Both the position numbers and the translations under genes were made by a program. Source: Verrucomicrobiia bacterium (GTDB lineage: Bacteria; Chloroflexota; Dormibacteria; Dormibacterales; Dormibacteraceae). Taken from it: a DNA stretch of 30,678 nt. Numbering within the stretch: position 1 is the stretch's first letter; each line of letters starts with the position of its first letter. The stretch covers positions 1 through 30,678 of the forward strand of contig DATHDR010000090.1 in assembly GCA_035318965.1 (NCBI GenBank). The letters are read 5' to 3'. Below are positions 6,830 to 16,601 of this stretch, piece after piece. Below the pieces are notes generated by a model. That model was not told the DNA's origin and ran no database searches. It saw only the letters and a list, made by a program, of their open reading frames with translations.

Positions 6830-7807
6830 ATGGCGACAAGCGCCGCATTGACCGAGGTGGTGGCGGGCGTTTTCGAGCTCCGGCTGCCGATTCCATTCGA
6901 GGACGGGCTCGTCAATGTTTTCCTGTTCGTCGACGGCGCCGAAGCGGATCTCCTGGATTGCGGCATGAACTCCGACGAGTCGGTCGCGGAAATCAAGCAG
7001 GCGATGGCCCAGCTCGGCGCCAAGCGCCTGCGCCGCCTGGTCGTGACCCACATCCACCCCGACCACTACGGCGCCGCGGGATCGTTGGCCGGCGAGGGCA
7101 TGGCCGACCTCTACATCCACCGGCTCGAAGTACCACTCGTCCACCCGCGCTACGTGGAGCTCGAGCACCTGGTCAGCGAGGTGCGCACGTACCTGCTGGT
7201 GAACGGTGTGCCGGCCGATGACGCCGAGGAGCTAAGCAACTCGCAACGCGCGCTGAGCCAGGTGGTGAAGACGGCGGAACCGTCAGTGCAGCTGGACGGC
7301 GCCGAATCGCTGCACCTGGGCCGGCGACTTCTGCGCGTCGAATGGACGCCGGGGCATTCGCCCGGCCACATCTGCCTCTACGACCGTGAGGACGAGCTGC
7401 TGTTCGCGGGCGACACCTTGCTGCCCGAGCTCTCGCCGAACATCGGGCTGCACCCGCAGAGCACGCCCGACCCGCTCCACGAATACCTCGACGGCCTCCG
7501 CCGGCTCGCCGCCTACGAACCGAAGCTCATCCTGCCTTCGCACGGCCGTCCCTTCACCGATGCACCCGCCCGGGTCACGGTGCTGCAGGCGCATCACAAG
7601 CGGAGGCTCGACCAGATCGTGGAAATAGTCGGCCGCGGGAAAAAGACCGGGTGGGAGGTTGCGCTCGATCTGTGGGGCCCGCGCCAGAATCTCTACGAGA
7701 AGCGGCTTGCTCTCCAGGAGGCGCTGGCGCACCTGCAGGCGCTGGCCGTCGACGACCGCGTGAGCAAGTCGGTCACGCCCGAGTCTGTGCGCTGGACGCC
7801 CGCTTGA
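6830..7807 (+). CDS. Metallo-beta-lactamase-fold hydrolase with C-terminal winged-helix-like tail
   Basis: LLDCG, THIHPDH, TPGHSPGH, AGDT, PSHG; C-terminal EALAHL motif. ATG 6830 lies 6 nt after GACAAT. Confidence 0.88.
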   Translation: MATSAALTEVVAGVFELRLPIPFEDGLVNVFLFVDGAEADLLDCGMNSDESVAEIKQAMAQLGAKRLRRLVVTHIHPDHYGAAGSLAGEGMADLYIHRLEVPLVHPRYVELEHLVSEVRTYLLVNGVPADDAEELSNSQRALSQVVKTAEPSVQLDGAESLHLGRRLLRVEWTPGHSPGHICLYDREDELLFAGDTLLPELSPNIGLHPQSTPDPLHEYLDGLRRLAAYEPKLILPSHGRPFTDAPARVTVLQAHHKRRLDQIVEIVGRGKKTGWEVALDLWGPRQNLYEKRLALQEALAHLQALAVDDRVSKSVTPESVRWTPA

Positions 7808-8657
7808 TGCCAAGCGGGAAGAGCTCCGCGGGGTAGCACCCGACACCGACGACGCCAGGTCCGGCGTGGGCTCCGACGACCGGGCCCAGCGGCTGGATCA
7901 TCAACGTCTCCGCGATGGGTTCGAGGTCCCGGCCGATCCGCTCGGCGTCGGCCTCGGCGTCGGCGTGGCCGACGATGACGCAGACGCCGTGTCCGCGGTC
8001 GACCTCCCGTGTCAGCTCCACGATGTGGTTCAGCGCGCGCTCGAAAGTCCGCACGCGCTGCAGCGGGGTGACCTGGCCGTCCCGGATGCAGAGCACCGGC
8101 TTGACCTGCAGCACGGAGCCGAGCAGCGCGCCGGCGCGTCCGATGCGTCCTCCACGACGCAAGAACTCCAGGGTGGCGACAGAGAAGTAGGTCTGCACGT
8201 GCGCTCTCATGTTGAGGACCTTGGATTCGATCGCCTCCACGTCGGCGCCTTTCGACGACATCGCCGAGGCGGTCAGCGTGACCAGCCCCAGGGACATCGA
8301 AACGAGCTGCGAGTCGACCACGCGGACACGCTTGGGATCCGTCATGTCCGCACCCTGGCGCGCCGACCCGTAGGTCCCGCTCAGCTTCTCAGAGATGTGG
8401 ATCGAGATCACGCTCTCGTGGTCGGCCAGCAGAGCCGAATAGGCTTCCGCAAATCGGCCGGGTGAGGGCTGCGACGTGGTGGGGTGCGTGGTGACGCCCG
8501 GGAGCCGGCGATAGAACGCGTCAGGTGTGATGTCGACGCCGTCGAGCAGCGTCTTGCCGTCGAAGTTGAGCGTCAGCGGGACGACGGTGATGGAGTGCGA
8601 CGCGGCCAGCTCACGCGGAAGATCGGCTGTCGAGTCGGTGACGACGGCGACGGTCAC
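7773..8657 (-). CDS. DegV family fatty-acid-binding protein
   Basis: VVTDSTADL, TTSQPSPG, ISIHIS..LSGTY, VVDS...S..LG, TLEFLRRGGRIG, L.VKPVL, GAHAGPG. Confidence 0.95.
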   Translation of the reverse strand: MTVAVVTDSTADLPRELAASHSITVVPLTLNFDGKTLLDGVDITPDAFYRRLPGVTTHPTTSQPSPGRFAEAYSALLADHESVISIHISEKLSGTYGSARQGADMTDPKRVRVVDSQLVSMSLGLVTLTASAMSSKGADVEAIESKVLNMRAHVQTYFSVATLEFLRRGGRIGRAGALLGSVLQVKPVLCIRDGQVTPLQRVRTFERALNHIVELTREVDRGHGVCVIVGHADAEADAERIGRDLEPIAETLMIQPLGPVVGAHAGPGVVGVGCYPAELFPLGIKRASSAQTRA

Positions 8658-9187
8658 TGGTCAAGCCCGCGCCGGTCGATCATCGGCGGATCGTCCTTGC
8701 GCCGATTTCTCCGGAAGAACCGCAGCTCGATAGGCCTGATCGCCACCAACATCACGATGACGAGAAAGGCCGTGAAGACGGCGATGACGTAGTAGCCGAA
8801 CCCAACCGCCATGCCGAGCGATGCGGCCACCCAGATCGATGCGGCGGTGGTCAGGCCGTGAACGTCACTGCCCTGGCGCATGATCGCCCCCGCGCCGAGG
8901 AACCCGACCCCGGTGACGATCTGGGCGGCGATGCGCGTCGGGTCGACCCTGGTCCCGAACTCAGGCAACAGCCCGAGGGTCGTGAACATGCACGCTCCGA
9001 CTGCAATCAGCGCCATCGTCTTGATGCCGGCCGGATGACCCCGCAGCTCTCTTTCGGTCCCCAGAGCCAGACCAAGCACGAGGGCGACGACAAGGCGGAG
9101 TCCTAGGTCCGCCTCTCCGCCGGATAGAGGCAGCTGCTCAGCCTCGGCCGGGACGGCCCCCGGGTTTGTCCTGCGCCCCGGGCTCAT
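8654..9187 (-). CDS. MgtC/SapB family membrane protein (N-terminal domain only)
   Basis: G.ERE...HPAG.KT..L, DPTRIAAQIVTGVGFLGAGAI, GLTTAASIWV.A.LGMAVG. Start is uncertain (ATG 9187, or a non-canonical start near 9135). Confidence 0.85.
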   Translation of the reverse strand: MSPGRRTNPGAVPAEAEQLPLSGGEADLGLRLVVALVLGLALGTERELRGHPAGIKTMALIAVGACMFTTLGLLPEFGTRVDPTRIAAQIVTGVGFLGAGAIMRQGSDVHGLTTAASIWVAASLGMAVGFGYYVIAVFTAFLVIVMLVAIRPIELRFFRRNRRKDDPPMIDRRGLDQ

Positions 9188-9722
9188 CTTTTGCACCCGG
9201 CTCGTCCGGCAGCTCGGGCAGGTCAAGGCTGTTCACGAAGTCGCGAAAGACCGCGAGACGCTCCTCGTCGACCGGGGTCTCAGCCTTGTCCTTGTCTCCG
9301 CCATCCTCGTCCGCCTCGGGGATGATGCCCGCGGTTTCCATCACCTCCGTGGCGACGAAGATCGGACACTCGACCCGGACAGCGAGGGCTATGGCGTCCG
9401 ACGGGCGCGCGTCGAAGTCGAGGTCGCGGCCATCCTGCTTTACGTACAGGCGGGCGTAGAAAACCTGGTCGGCGAGCCTCGTGACGACGATCCGCTTGAC
9501 GCTGATCCCGAGGTCGCTGAAGGCGGTGGCCATCAGGTCGTGGGTGAGGGGCCGGCCCAGCGGGTTGCCGGAGATCTTGGTCGCGATCGCCTGGGCCTCG
9601 AACGACCCGATCCAGATCGGGAGGTAGCGGTCGGCCTCCTTCTCCTTGAGGATGACCAGGTGCTGGGCGGTCGGCATGTGTATCCGGATGCTGTCGACGG
9701 ACACCTCGATGAGGTTTTTCAT
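9138..9722 (-). CDS. Bifunctional nuclease domain (DUF151) protein
   Basis: LVILKE....RYLPIWIG.FEA.AI, RPLTHDL, FYARL, DARPSDAIALAVR..PIFV..EV. ATG 9722 lies 10 nt after TATAGT (9738-9733). Confidence 0.92.
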   Translation of the reverse strand: MKNLIEVSVDSIRIHMPTAQHLVILKEKEADRYLPIWIGSFEAQAIATKISGNPLGRPLTHDLMATAFSDLGISVKRIVVTRLADQVFYARLYVKQDGRDLDFDARPSDAIALAVRVECPIFVATEVMETAGIIPEADEDGGDKDKAETPVDEERLAVFRDFVNSLDLPELPDEPGAKDEPGAQDKPGGRPGRG

Positions 9723-9732
9723 CCTCGGTTCC

Positions 9733-9793
9733 ACTATACCTATCAGACCTTCAAGGTCCCGAGATTTGGCCATGCCGAAGCCCCCCGTAGAAT
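9733..9793. promoter_or_regulatory. Divergent -10 elements for DUF151 (-) and polA (+)
   Basis: TATAGT on minus (9738-9733); TAGAAT on plus (9788-9793), 6 nt before the polA GTG with no SD. Confidence 0.65.
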
Positions 9794-9799
9794 CCGAAC

Positions 9800-12487
9800 G
9801 TGGCGAAGGGGAAGCGGGGGCGTGTGGTGCTGATCGACGCCCACAGCCTCATCTATCGGGCGTTTTTTGCCCTGCCGCCGATGAGCACCTCGGACGGCCA
9901 GGTGACCAACGCGGTCTATGGGTTCACGTCGATGCTGGCGATCGTGCTCGCCTCGCGGCCCGAGTTCGCCATCGCGGCTTTTGACGTCGGCGCGCCGACC
10001 TTTCGCTCCAAGGAATACGTGGAGTACAAGGCCGGAAGGCGAGCAATGCCAGACGACCTGCGCCCTCAGATTGAAAAGGTGCGCGAGGTGCTGGAGAGCT
10101 TTTCCATCCCGATCCATGGGATCGAGGGTTTCGAGGCCGACGACGTCATCGGCACGCTTTCGCGGCTCGCGGAGGAGCGCGGACACGCTGTCACGATCGT
10201 TTCCGGTGACCTGGATTGCCTGCAGCTGGTCAGCGAGTCGGTCGAGGCGCTGGTGCCGAGGCGGGGGATCACCGACACCTTTGTGTACGGCCCCGACCAG
10301 GTCCGCCAGCGCTATGGGTTCGAGCCGGCGCAGCTGATCGATTTCAAGGCACTGCGCGGTGACACTTCGGACAACATCCCGGGAGTCCCCGGCGTCGGCG
10401 ATAAGACCGCGGCGAAGCTGGTGCAGGACTTCGGCAGCATCGAGGCCCTTCTCGAGCGTATTGACGAGCTGCCCGACGGTCGGCTGAAGACATCGCTCAA
10501 GGCCAACGCGGACCAGGTGCGGCTCGGGAAGCGCATGGTCACCATCGTTCGCGACGTGCCCGTCGAGCTGGAGCTCGAGCGCGCTCGCTGGACGCGATAC
10601 GACTACGAGAAGGTCCGCCAGGTCTTCGACAGGATGGAGTTCAGGCAGCTCCTCAGCCGCTTCCCGCCACCCGAGCAGGCGCCGGTGCAGCCCAGCCTCG
10701 CGTTCGAAGCGGCGCCTCAACCAGCGGGATTGAAGGTGGTCGAGGACGCGACCGAGGCGGCGAGCCTCCTCGACGGCTCACCCAATATCGGCGTGTTCGC
10801 GTTCACGGACGGCGCCGGCCGCGCCGCGCGAGTCCAGGGCCTCGGCGTGTCCACAGGGACGAACACCTTCTACGTCGCGGGCCAGGACGCGATGGATGCG
10901 GTCGCGAGCATGCTCTCAGGCCGGCCGATCGCCGGCCACGACGCGAAGGAGACAGAGCTCGCGCTGCGCTTGCTCGGCGGGGGAAGGCGCGACTGGGTCT
11001 TCAGCACATTTCTCGCGGCGTACCTGCTGGGTGCGGGCTCACGCGATCCACGCCTCGAAGACCTCGCCCGCGAGTTCCTCGACGTCACCCTGGTCAGCAC
11101 CGAGCAGCTGTTGGGCACCGGCCGTGCTGCCCGCAAAGCCGCTGATGTTCCGGTCAACGAGGCGGCAGAGTTTGCGGCTCGCAGGGCAGAGGCCATCCTC
11201 AACCTGGGACCGCGACTCGAGGCCGAGATGCGAAATCTCGGCGTGGACTACCTCTTCCACGAAATCGAGCTGCCCCTGGCGGGGGTCCTGGCTGACATGG
11301 AGTCGGAAGGCGTAGCGATCGATGTGCCTTACCTCAAGCAGATGCAGGACGAGCTGGGCGCGCAGCTGGCCGCAATTGAATCGGAAGTCGAGCAGGTCGC
11401 CGGACAGAAGTTCAACCTCAACGCCCCGCAGCAGCTGGCGAAGGTGCTGTTCGAGGATCTGCGGCTGCCTGTTGGCAAGCGGACGAAAACGGGCTACTCG
11501 ACGGATGCGGACACGCTGGAATCGCTTCGCGAGAAGCACCCGATCGTCGGCCTCATCCTCGAGCACCGGCAGCTGTCGAAGCTCAAGTCCACCTATGTAG
11601 ACGCCCTGCCCCAGCTGGTCGATCCGATGAGCGGTCGCGTCCACACGTCATTCGGCCAGGCCAGCACCGCCACGGGCCGGCTTTCGTCCTCCAACCCAAA
11701 CCTGATGAACATCCCGATCAGGAGCGAGCTGGGCCAGCGCATCCGCCGCGCGTTCAAGGCAGGGCGACCCGACCACGTCATGGTCTCGGCCGACTACTCG
11801 CAGATCGAGCTGCGCATCGCAGCGCACCTCAGCAGCGACCCGAAGCTGCTTGGCGCATTCGCCGCCGGACAGGACATCCACACCGCGACCGCGGCTGCCG
11901 TGTTCAAGATCCCCATTGAGTCCGTCAACCCGGACCAGCGCCGGCTGGCCAAGGTGGCCAACTTCGGGTCCATCTACGGGCAGGGTGAATACGGCCTGTC
12001 GCAACAGCTCGGGATCACAGGCGACGTGGCAAGGGAATTCCTCGCTCAGTACTGGTCGACCTACTCGCGCCTCAAGGAGTACCTCGACGAGGTGCGACGA
12101 AAGGCGCGTGAGGAGGGGTTCGTGGTCAGCGCGACCGGGCGGCGCCGCGCGATCCCCGACCTTCGGTCACCCAACTTCCAGCTGCGCAGCGCCGCCGAGA
12201 GGATGGCGATCAACTTCCCGATGCAGTCGCTTGCGGCGGACATCATCAAGATCGCCATGGTCAGGCTGCAGCGCGAGATCGAGGCGGACCAGATCGAGGG
12301 CCGCATGTTGCTGCAGGTCCACGACGAGCTGCTCTTCGAGGTGCCGCGCTCAGAGGTCGACCAGTTCGCCGAGAAGGTGCCCCGCATCATGACGGGGGCC
12401 TACGAGCTCGAGACGGGGATCGAGGTCGAGACGAAGGTCGGCCCCAACTGGGCGGACATGAAAAAGCTCGCTGTCGTCCGTGCCTGA
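9800..12487 (+). CDS. polA: DNA polymerase I
   Basis: 5'-3' exonuclease (IDAHSLIYRAFFA, EADDVIGTL, GDTSDNIPGVPGVG) and family A motifs DYSQIELR, K..NFG.IYG, QVHDEL; 895 aa. Confidence 0.99.
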   Translation: MAKGKRGRVVLIDAHSLIYRAFFALPPMSTSDGQVTNAVYGFTSMLAIVLASRPEFAIAAFDVGAPTFRSKEYVEYKAGRRAMPDDLRPQIEKVREVLESFSIPIHGIEGFEADDVIGTLSRLAEERGHAVTIVSGDLDCLQLVSESVEALVPRRGITDTFVYGPDQVRQRYGFEPAQLIDFKALRGDTSDNIPGVPGVGDKTAAKLVQDFGSIEALLERIDELPDGRLKTSLKANADQVRLGKRMVTIVRDVPVELELERARWTRYDYEKVRQVFDRMEFRQLLSRFPPPEQAPVQPSLAFEAAPQPAGLKVVEDATEAASLLDGSPNIGVFAFTDGAGRAARVQGLGVSTGTNTFYVAGQDAMDAVASMLSGRPIAGHDAKETELALRLLGGGRRDWVFSTFLAAYLLGAGSRDPRLEDLAREFLDVTLVSTEQLLGTGRAARKAADVPVNEAAEFAARRAEAILNLGPRLEAEMRNLGVDYLFHEIELPLAGVLADMESEGVAIDVPYLKQMQDELGAQLAAIESEVEQVAGQKFNLNAPQQLAKVLFEDLRLPVGKRTKTGYSTDADTLESLREKHPIVGLILEHRQLSKLKSTYVDALPQLVDPMSGRVHTSFGQASTATGRLSSSNPNLMNIPIRSELGQRIRRAFKAGRPDHVMVSADYSQIELRIAAHLSSDPKLLGAFAAGQDIHTATAAAVFKIPIESVNPDQRRLAKVANFGSIYGQGEYGLSQQLGITGDVAREFLAQYWSTYSRLKEYLDEVRRKAREEGFVVSATGRRRAIPDLRSPNFQLRSAAERMAINFPMQSLAADIIKIAMVRLQREIEADQIEGRMLLQVHDELLFEVPRSEVDQFAEKVPRIMTGAYELETGIEVETKVGPNWADMKKLAVVRA

Positions 12488-13304
12488 ACTACCCGAGGTG
12501 GAGACGATCGTCACGGACCTGAGGCCCCATCTTGCCGGCCGCACCATCGTCAGCTGCGATCTCCTGTTTCCATCCATTGTTCGGCACCCCGAGCCGGAGG
12601 TCTTCATCGACAGCGTCGCCGGCAGGCGAATCGCGGACCTGAGAAGGCGCGGGAAGTACATCCTCATCGACCTCGAGAACGATCTGTTGCTGGTGGTCCA
12701 TCTCGGGATGACCGGGCAGCTCCGCCTCGTCGATGCCAACAAGCCGCTTGAAATACACACGCACGCGGTCTTCATGCTTGATGACGGTCGTCATCTGCGC
12801 TATCGCGACCCACGACGTTTTGGACGTCTGCTGCTCGGCACCGAGGAATCACTGCTCGCTTCGAAAAAGCTGCCGCGACTCGGTCCGGAGCCGATCGATC
12901 CGACGTTCGCGGCAGACGAGCTGTATCGGCGCCTGCGCAAGCGCCGAACCGCGTTGAAAGCGTTCCTCCTCGACCAGGGAGCGGTTGCTGGTGTCGGCAA
13001 CATCTATGCCGACGAGTCGCTGCACCGCGCCCGGCTCCGCCCGGACCGACTGGCCGGCAGCCTCAGCCGCAAATCCGCCCATCGCCTTCACGAGTCACTT
13101 CGCGATTCCCTCCTGGTCGCCATCGCGAACCGGGGCAGCTCGGTCGACACGTACCGCGATGCCTGGGGAGAGATCGGAGGGCAGCAGGAGAAGCTGCTGG
13201 TCTACGGCCGCGCGGGCGAGCCCTGTTTCACATGTGGGCGGCCACTCGCGTTGATTCGCATCGCCGGCCGTAGCACCGTCTTCTGCCGCCGTTGTCAGAA
13301 ATAA
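12480..13304 (+). CDS. mutM: Formamidopyrimidine-DNA glycosylase / AP lyase
   Basis: N-terminal PELPEVE, RRGKY, HLGMTG, DPRRFG, GVGNIYADE, C-terminal CFTC...CRRC Zn finger; overlaps the polA stop. Confidence 0.98.
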   Translation: MPELPEVETIVTDLRPHLAGRTIVSCDLLFPSIVRHPEPEVFIDSVAGRRIADLRRRGKYILIDLENDLLLVVHLGMTGQLRLVDANKPLEIHTHAVFMLDDGRHLRYRDPRRFGRLLLGTEESLLASKKLPRLGPEPIDPTFAADELYRRLRKRRTALKAFLLDQGAVAGVGNIYADESLHRARLRPDRLAGSLSRKSAHRLHESLRDSLLVAIANRGSSVDTYRDAWGEIGGQQEKLLVYGRAGEPCFTCGRPLALIRIAGRSTVFCRRCQK

Positions 13305-13948
13305 GGTCTCGCCTGTTCGCGATCGTCGGCCTGTCTGTGGCGTTCGTCGCGATGACGATGGCCATCACGGCTGGCCTCTTCACGACCCTGGACCAGCAGG
13401 TCGCGCAAGCGATGCATAGCATCTGGCAGGAATCGCTGCACCCTTTGTTCCAGCTGATCGCGGAGCTGGGCGGGATTGAGGTGACGAGCATCCTGATGCT
13501 CGCGCTCTTCATCTATCTCTTGCGCGGCGGGTTTGGCGCCGATGCGCTCGTCGTCGTCGCGTTCGTCGGGGCTGTCGCGCTCGAGGTCCTCTACAAGTCC
13601 TTGCTGTATCACCCCGGCCCGCCCCTCTCAATTTCGCATCACGACGGACCGAGCCTGACGGGCCAGTTTTCCGACAGCCTCGGTAACAGTTTTCCAAGCG
13701 GCCACATGGTTCGCACCGTCGTCGTGTACGGCCTCCTGGCCTTCGTCGTCCGGCGTCTGTCGCGGTCTCGGACGCCGCGATCGCTCGCCATCCCCGTCGC
13801 GATCGCGATCATCGTCCTGATGGTCGTCGACCGCCTATACCTCGATGTCCACTGGGAGTCGGACGTGATCGGCGGCCTCCTCCTCGGCGGCCTCGCCCTG
13901 GTCGCGGCGACGGTCTGGCTGGATCGGCCTCGAAAAGCCGAGAATTAG
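13292..13948 (+). CDS. PAP2 family membrane phosphatase
   Basis: Multiple TM helices; K....HPGP, SFPSGH, RLYLDVHWESDVIGG. Confidence 0.88.
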   Translation: MSEIRSRLFAIVGLSVAFVAMTMAITAGLFTTLDQQVAQAMHSIWQESLHPLFQLIAELGGIEVTSILMLALFIYLLRGGFGADALVVVAFVGAVALEVLYKSLLYHPGPPLSISHHDGPSLTGQFSDSLGNSFPSGHMVRTVVVYGLLAFVVRRLSRSRTPRSLAIPVAIAIIVLMVVDRLYLDVHWESDVIGGLLLGGLALVAATVWLDRPRKAEN

Positions 13949-13951
13949 GGC

Positions 13952-14284
13952 GTGGGGGAGCGTGCAGTGTTGATCATGGTCACGACCGGCGGCCGGAACG
14001 ACGCCGAGCGGCTCGGTGAGGGATTGGTGGTCCAGCATCTGGCCGGCTGTTGCACCGTGGTGCCGACAGTGCATTCCGTGTATTACTGGGACGGCCAGCT
14101 GAAGCGGGAGCACGAAGCGCTCCTGCTCGTGAAAACCGTCGAATCGAAGTCGGCTGCCGTCCAGGAATACGTTCGGAGCCACCACGACTATGAGCTTCCC
14201 GAGATCCTCCAGATCGCCGTCGAAGGGGGTTCTCCGGCTTATCTGAAGTGGCTCGAAGACCAAGTGGTCCAAGAAGCGCACTGA
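13952..14284 (+). CDS. cutA: Divalent-cation tolerance protein CutA
   Basis: LAGC, SVYYWDG, E.LLLVKT, H.YELPEI, GSPAYLKW; 110 aa. Confidence 0.92.
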   Translation: MGERAVLIMVTTGGRNDAERLGEGLVVQHLAGCCTVVPTVHSVYYWDGQLKREHEALLLVKTVESKSAAVQEYVRSHHDYELPEILQIAVEGGSPAYLKWLEDQVVQEAH

Positions 14285-14316
14285 CTGTTAAGTAAGAACT
14301 TAGACTCTGGGGCTGG

Positions 14317-16590
14317 GTGGCGACTCTAGCCGACGAAAGGGACGATTCCAGCGGCACGAAAAAGCGCCGTCGGCGCCGCGCGCGGCGTGAAGCCGAAGCC
14401 GCAGCCGCCGCTGCCCTGATGCCGGCCGCCAACGGTGACGGAGACGTGGACGTAGACGCAGCCACCGTCCCGCTTGCGGAGATTGCCGCGATAGCTGTGC
14501 TCCCGGAGCCCGAGCCCAGCGTCAACCAGGCGGTGCTCATGCCGCCGCCGGTGCTCGAGCCGGACGATTTCAAAGATCTCCTCGGCCAGGCGGTCGGCCT
14601 GCGGCTGGACTCCGTCTCGCGCGAATTCGGCGGCAACGACGAGATGCACGTGACCGCGCTGAGGGATGTCTCGCTCGAGATCGGACCCTGCGAGTTCGTC
14701 TCTGTCGTCGGCCCGTCGGGCTGCGGCAAGACCACGTTGCTCTCGCTGATGGGAGGCCTGGACCGGCCGACCAGCGGGCACGTTTACGGAGCCGGACTTC
14801 CGCTCGGCGAGCTTTCCGAGCGCGACCTGGCCGACTACCGCCTGCAGCGAGTCAGCACGATCTTCCAGGCCTTCAACCTGATCCCCTCCATGACCGTCGA
14901 GGACAACGTGGCGCTACCGCTGACGCTGGCAGGGATCGAGCTCGACGAGCGTCGAAGGCGGGCGCGCCACCTCCTCGCGCTGGTTGGGCTGGAGCATCGC
15001 GCCCGCACTCGCGCACGCCTGCTGTCCGGCGGTGAGCAGCAGAAGGTGGCGGTGGCGCGGGCGCTTGCGAACCGCCCAGGCTTGATCCTCGCCGACGAGC
15101 CGACGGGAAGCCTCGACTCGACCGCGGGCGAAGGCGTCCTGAATCTTCTTGCGGACCTCAATCGTCGCGGGGCCACCGTGGTGCTGGTCACACACGACCC
15201 CGAGGTCGCGCGACGAGCGCGGCGCGTCATCCGGATGATCGATGGACGTGCGATCGAGCTCGAAGGTGGGAACCCCACGGTGCGCAAGCAAGAGCCGGTC
15301 GATCCCGCGCCGCGGCTCCACTGGCGGGACACCCTGAAGGTCGGGGTGGGCAGCGCGGGCCGGCGGCCTCTCCGCACGGCGCTCACCACCACCGGCGTGG
15401 CCATCGGCATCGCGGCGATGAGCTTGATCGTCGCGCTCGCGGGCGGCCTGCAGGGCGCGCTGAGCGCGCCGGCGCTCTCGACCAGCCAGGTGCACCAGGT
15501 CGCGGTCTACCCGGCAGCGGACGCCAGGGGCGGCGCGTTTGACAACGGCACCCTGTCCACGCTCGCCGCGCAGCCTCATGTGCGGGCGGCCTGGGGCCAG
15601 GTGGCGATGAGCGGGACATTCGCCTCCGGGACCCCGGTCGCCGCGGGCGCGACGCCACCGCCTCCATCCTCCGGGGCCCTCGTCTCCCTGGCGCCGGTCG
15701 GGTCGTCGAGCGGTACCCTCGCGCTCAGCGCAGGCCGGCTTCCGCGATCGGACGTGGCCAAGGAAGTGGTGCTCAGCGACAGCGAGGCCGCCGCGCTCGG
15801 GTACCTGTCGCGCGGGGCGATCGGCACCCAGGTCACCTACAGCGCCGCGTCCGGTGCGCTGCAGGTGCCGGGCTCCTCGCGGAACCCGGTCGCGAAACCG
15901 CTCGACCTGAAGCTCGTCGTCGTCGGCATCGTGTCGGGCAACGCGATGCCGGCCGGAGCTCCCGGTGGCATGGCGCCGTATGCGACGGTCCGGGACTACT
16001 GGGCGGCGCTCGCCCGGACCAATGGCTGGAAGGGCGGCGAGTATTCGACGATCACCTTGCTGGCGGATTCAGGGCTTGCCGTGGAAGGCCTGCGCGCGCG
16101 TGTGGAGGCCCTCGGATTCCAGGCGCAGACGTTCGGCGACCAGTTCCGCAGCTTCGAGGACCTGCTGGGGAAGATGCGCGTGGCGCTGCTGGGGCTCGCG
16201 CTCGTGGCGTTGCTGCTGGCCTGCCTTGGTATCGCCAACACGATGTACACCGCGGTGCTCGAGCGGACCAAGGAGATCGGCGTCCTCAAGGCTCTGGGCG
16301 CCCGCGCGCGGGACGTGCTGCTCATCTTCGTCGCCGAGGCCGCGGTCATCGGACTCGCGGGAGGCCTTGTCGGAATTCTTGTCGCCGTCGGGCTGGGCCG
16401 CCTTGGCAACAGCGCGGTCGACCGGCTCACGCAGTCCGTGTCGAGCGGCAGCTTCGATGTATTCCGCACAGACTTCGCAGTCGTCGCGGCGGGCCTGGTG
16501 CTCGCGATCGTGCTCAGCACGGTGAGCGGCCTGCTCCCGGCCTTGCGCGCCGCTCGCCAGGATCCCGTTAGAGCTCTTCGATACGAATAG
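14317..16590 (+). CDS. MacB-like fused ABC transporter (ATPase plus FtsX/MacB permease)
   Basis: Walker [27 protein letters not shown]; TM1, an extracytoplasmic domain, then [14 protein letters not shown] and GLLPA.RAAR.DPV.ALRYE. Start could be later (ATG 14418 or 14538). Confidence 0.92.
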   Translation: MATLADERDDSSGTKKRRRRRARREAEAAAAAALMPAANGDGDVDVDAATVPLAEIAAIAVLPEPEPSVNQAVLMPPPVLEPDDFKDLLGQAVGLRLDSVSREFGGNDEMHVTALRDVSLEIGPCEFVSVVGPSGCGKTTLLSLMGGLDRPTSGHVYGAGLPLGELSERDLADYRLQRVSTIFQAFNLIPSMTVEDNVALPLTLAGIELDERRRRARHLLALVGLEHRARTRARLLSGGEQQKVAVARALANRPGLILADEPTGSLDSTAGEGVLNLLADLNRRGATVVLVTHDPEVARRARRVIRMIDGRAIELEGGNPTVRKQEPVDPAPRLHWRDTLKVGVGSAGRRPLRTALTTTGVAIGIAAMSLIVALAGGLQGALSAPALSTSQVHQVAVYPAADARGGAFDNGTLSTLAAQPHVRAAWGQVAMSGTFASGTPVAAGATPPPPSSGALVSLAPVGSSSGTLALSAGRLPRSDVAKEVVLSDSEAAALGYLSRGAIGTQVTYSAASGALQVPGSSRNPVAKPLDLKLVVVGIVSGNAMPAGAPGGMAPYATVRDYWAALARTNGWKGGEYSTITLLADSGLAVEGLRARVEALGFQAQTFGDQFRSFEDLLGKMRVALLGLALVALLLACLGIANTMYTAVLERTKEIGVLKALGARARDVLLIFVAEAAVIGLAGGLVGILVAVGLGRLGNSAVDRLTQSVSSGSFDVFRTDFAVVAAGLVLAIVLSTVSGLLPALRAARQDPVRALRYE

Positions 16591-16601
16591 GTGGTGAGGC
16601 C

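Noticed and set aside
9795-9808. CGAAC half-site at the polA start as a LexA box
   Set aside because: The second half (CGAAG) does not match GTTCG.
9743-11644. Long minus-strand ORFs (325 aa, 201 aa) opposite polA
   Set aside because: Antisense shadows with no independent motifs or start signals.
14330-14420. Twin-arginine signal peptide in the MacB-like N-terminus
   Set aside because: No S/T-RR-x-FLK context and no hydrophobic core; the following ABC domain must be cytoplasmic.
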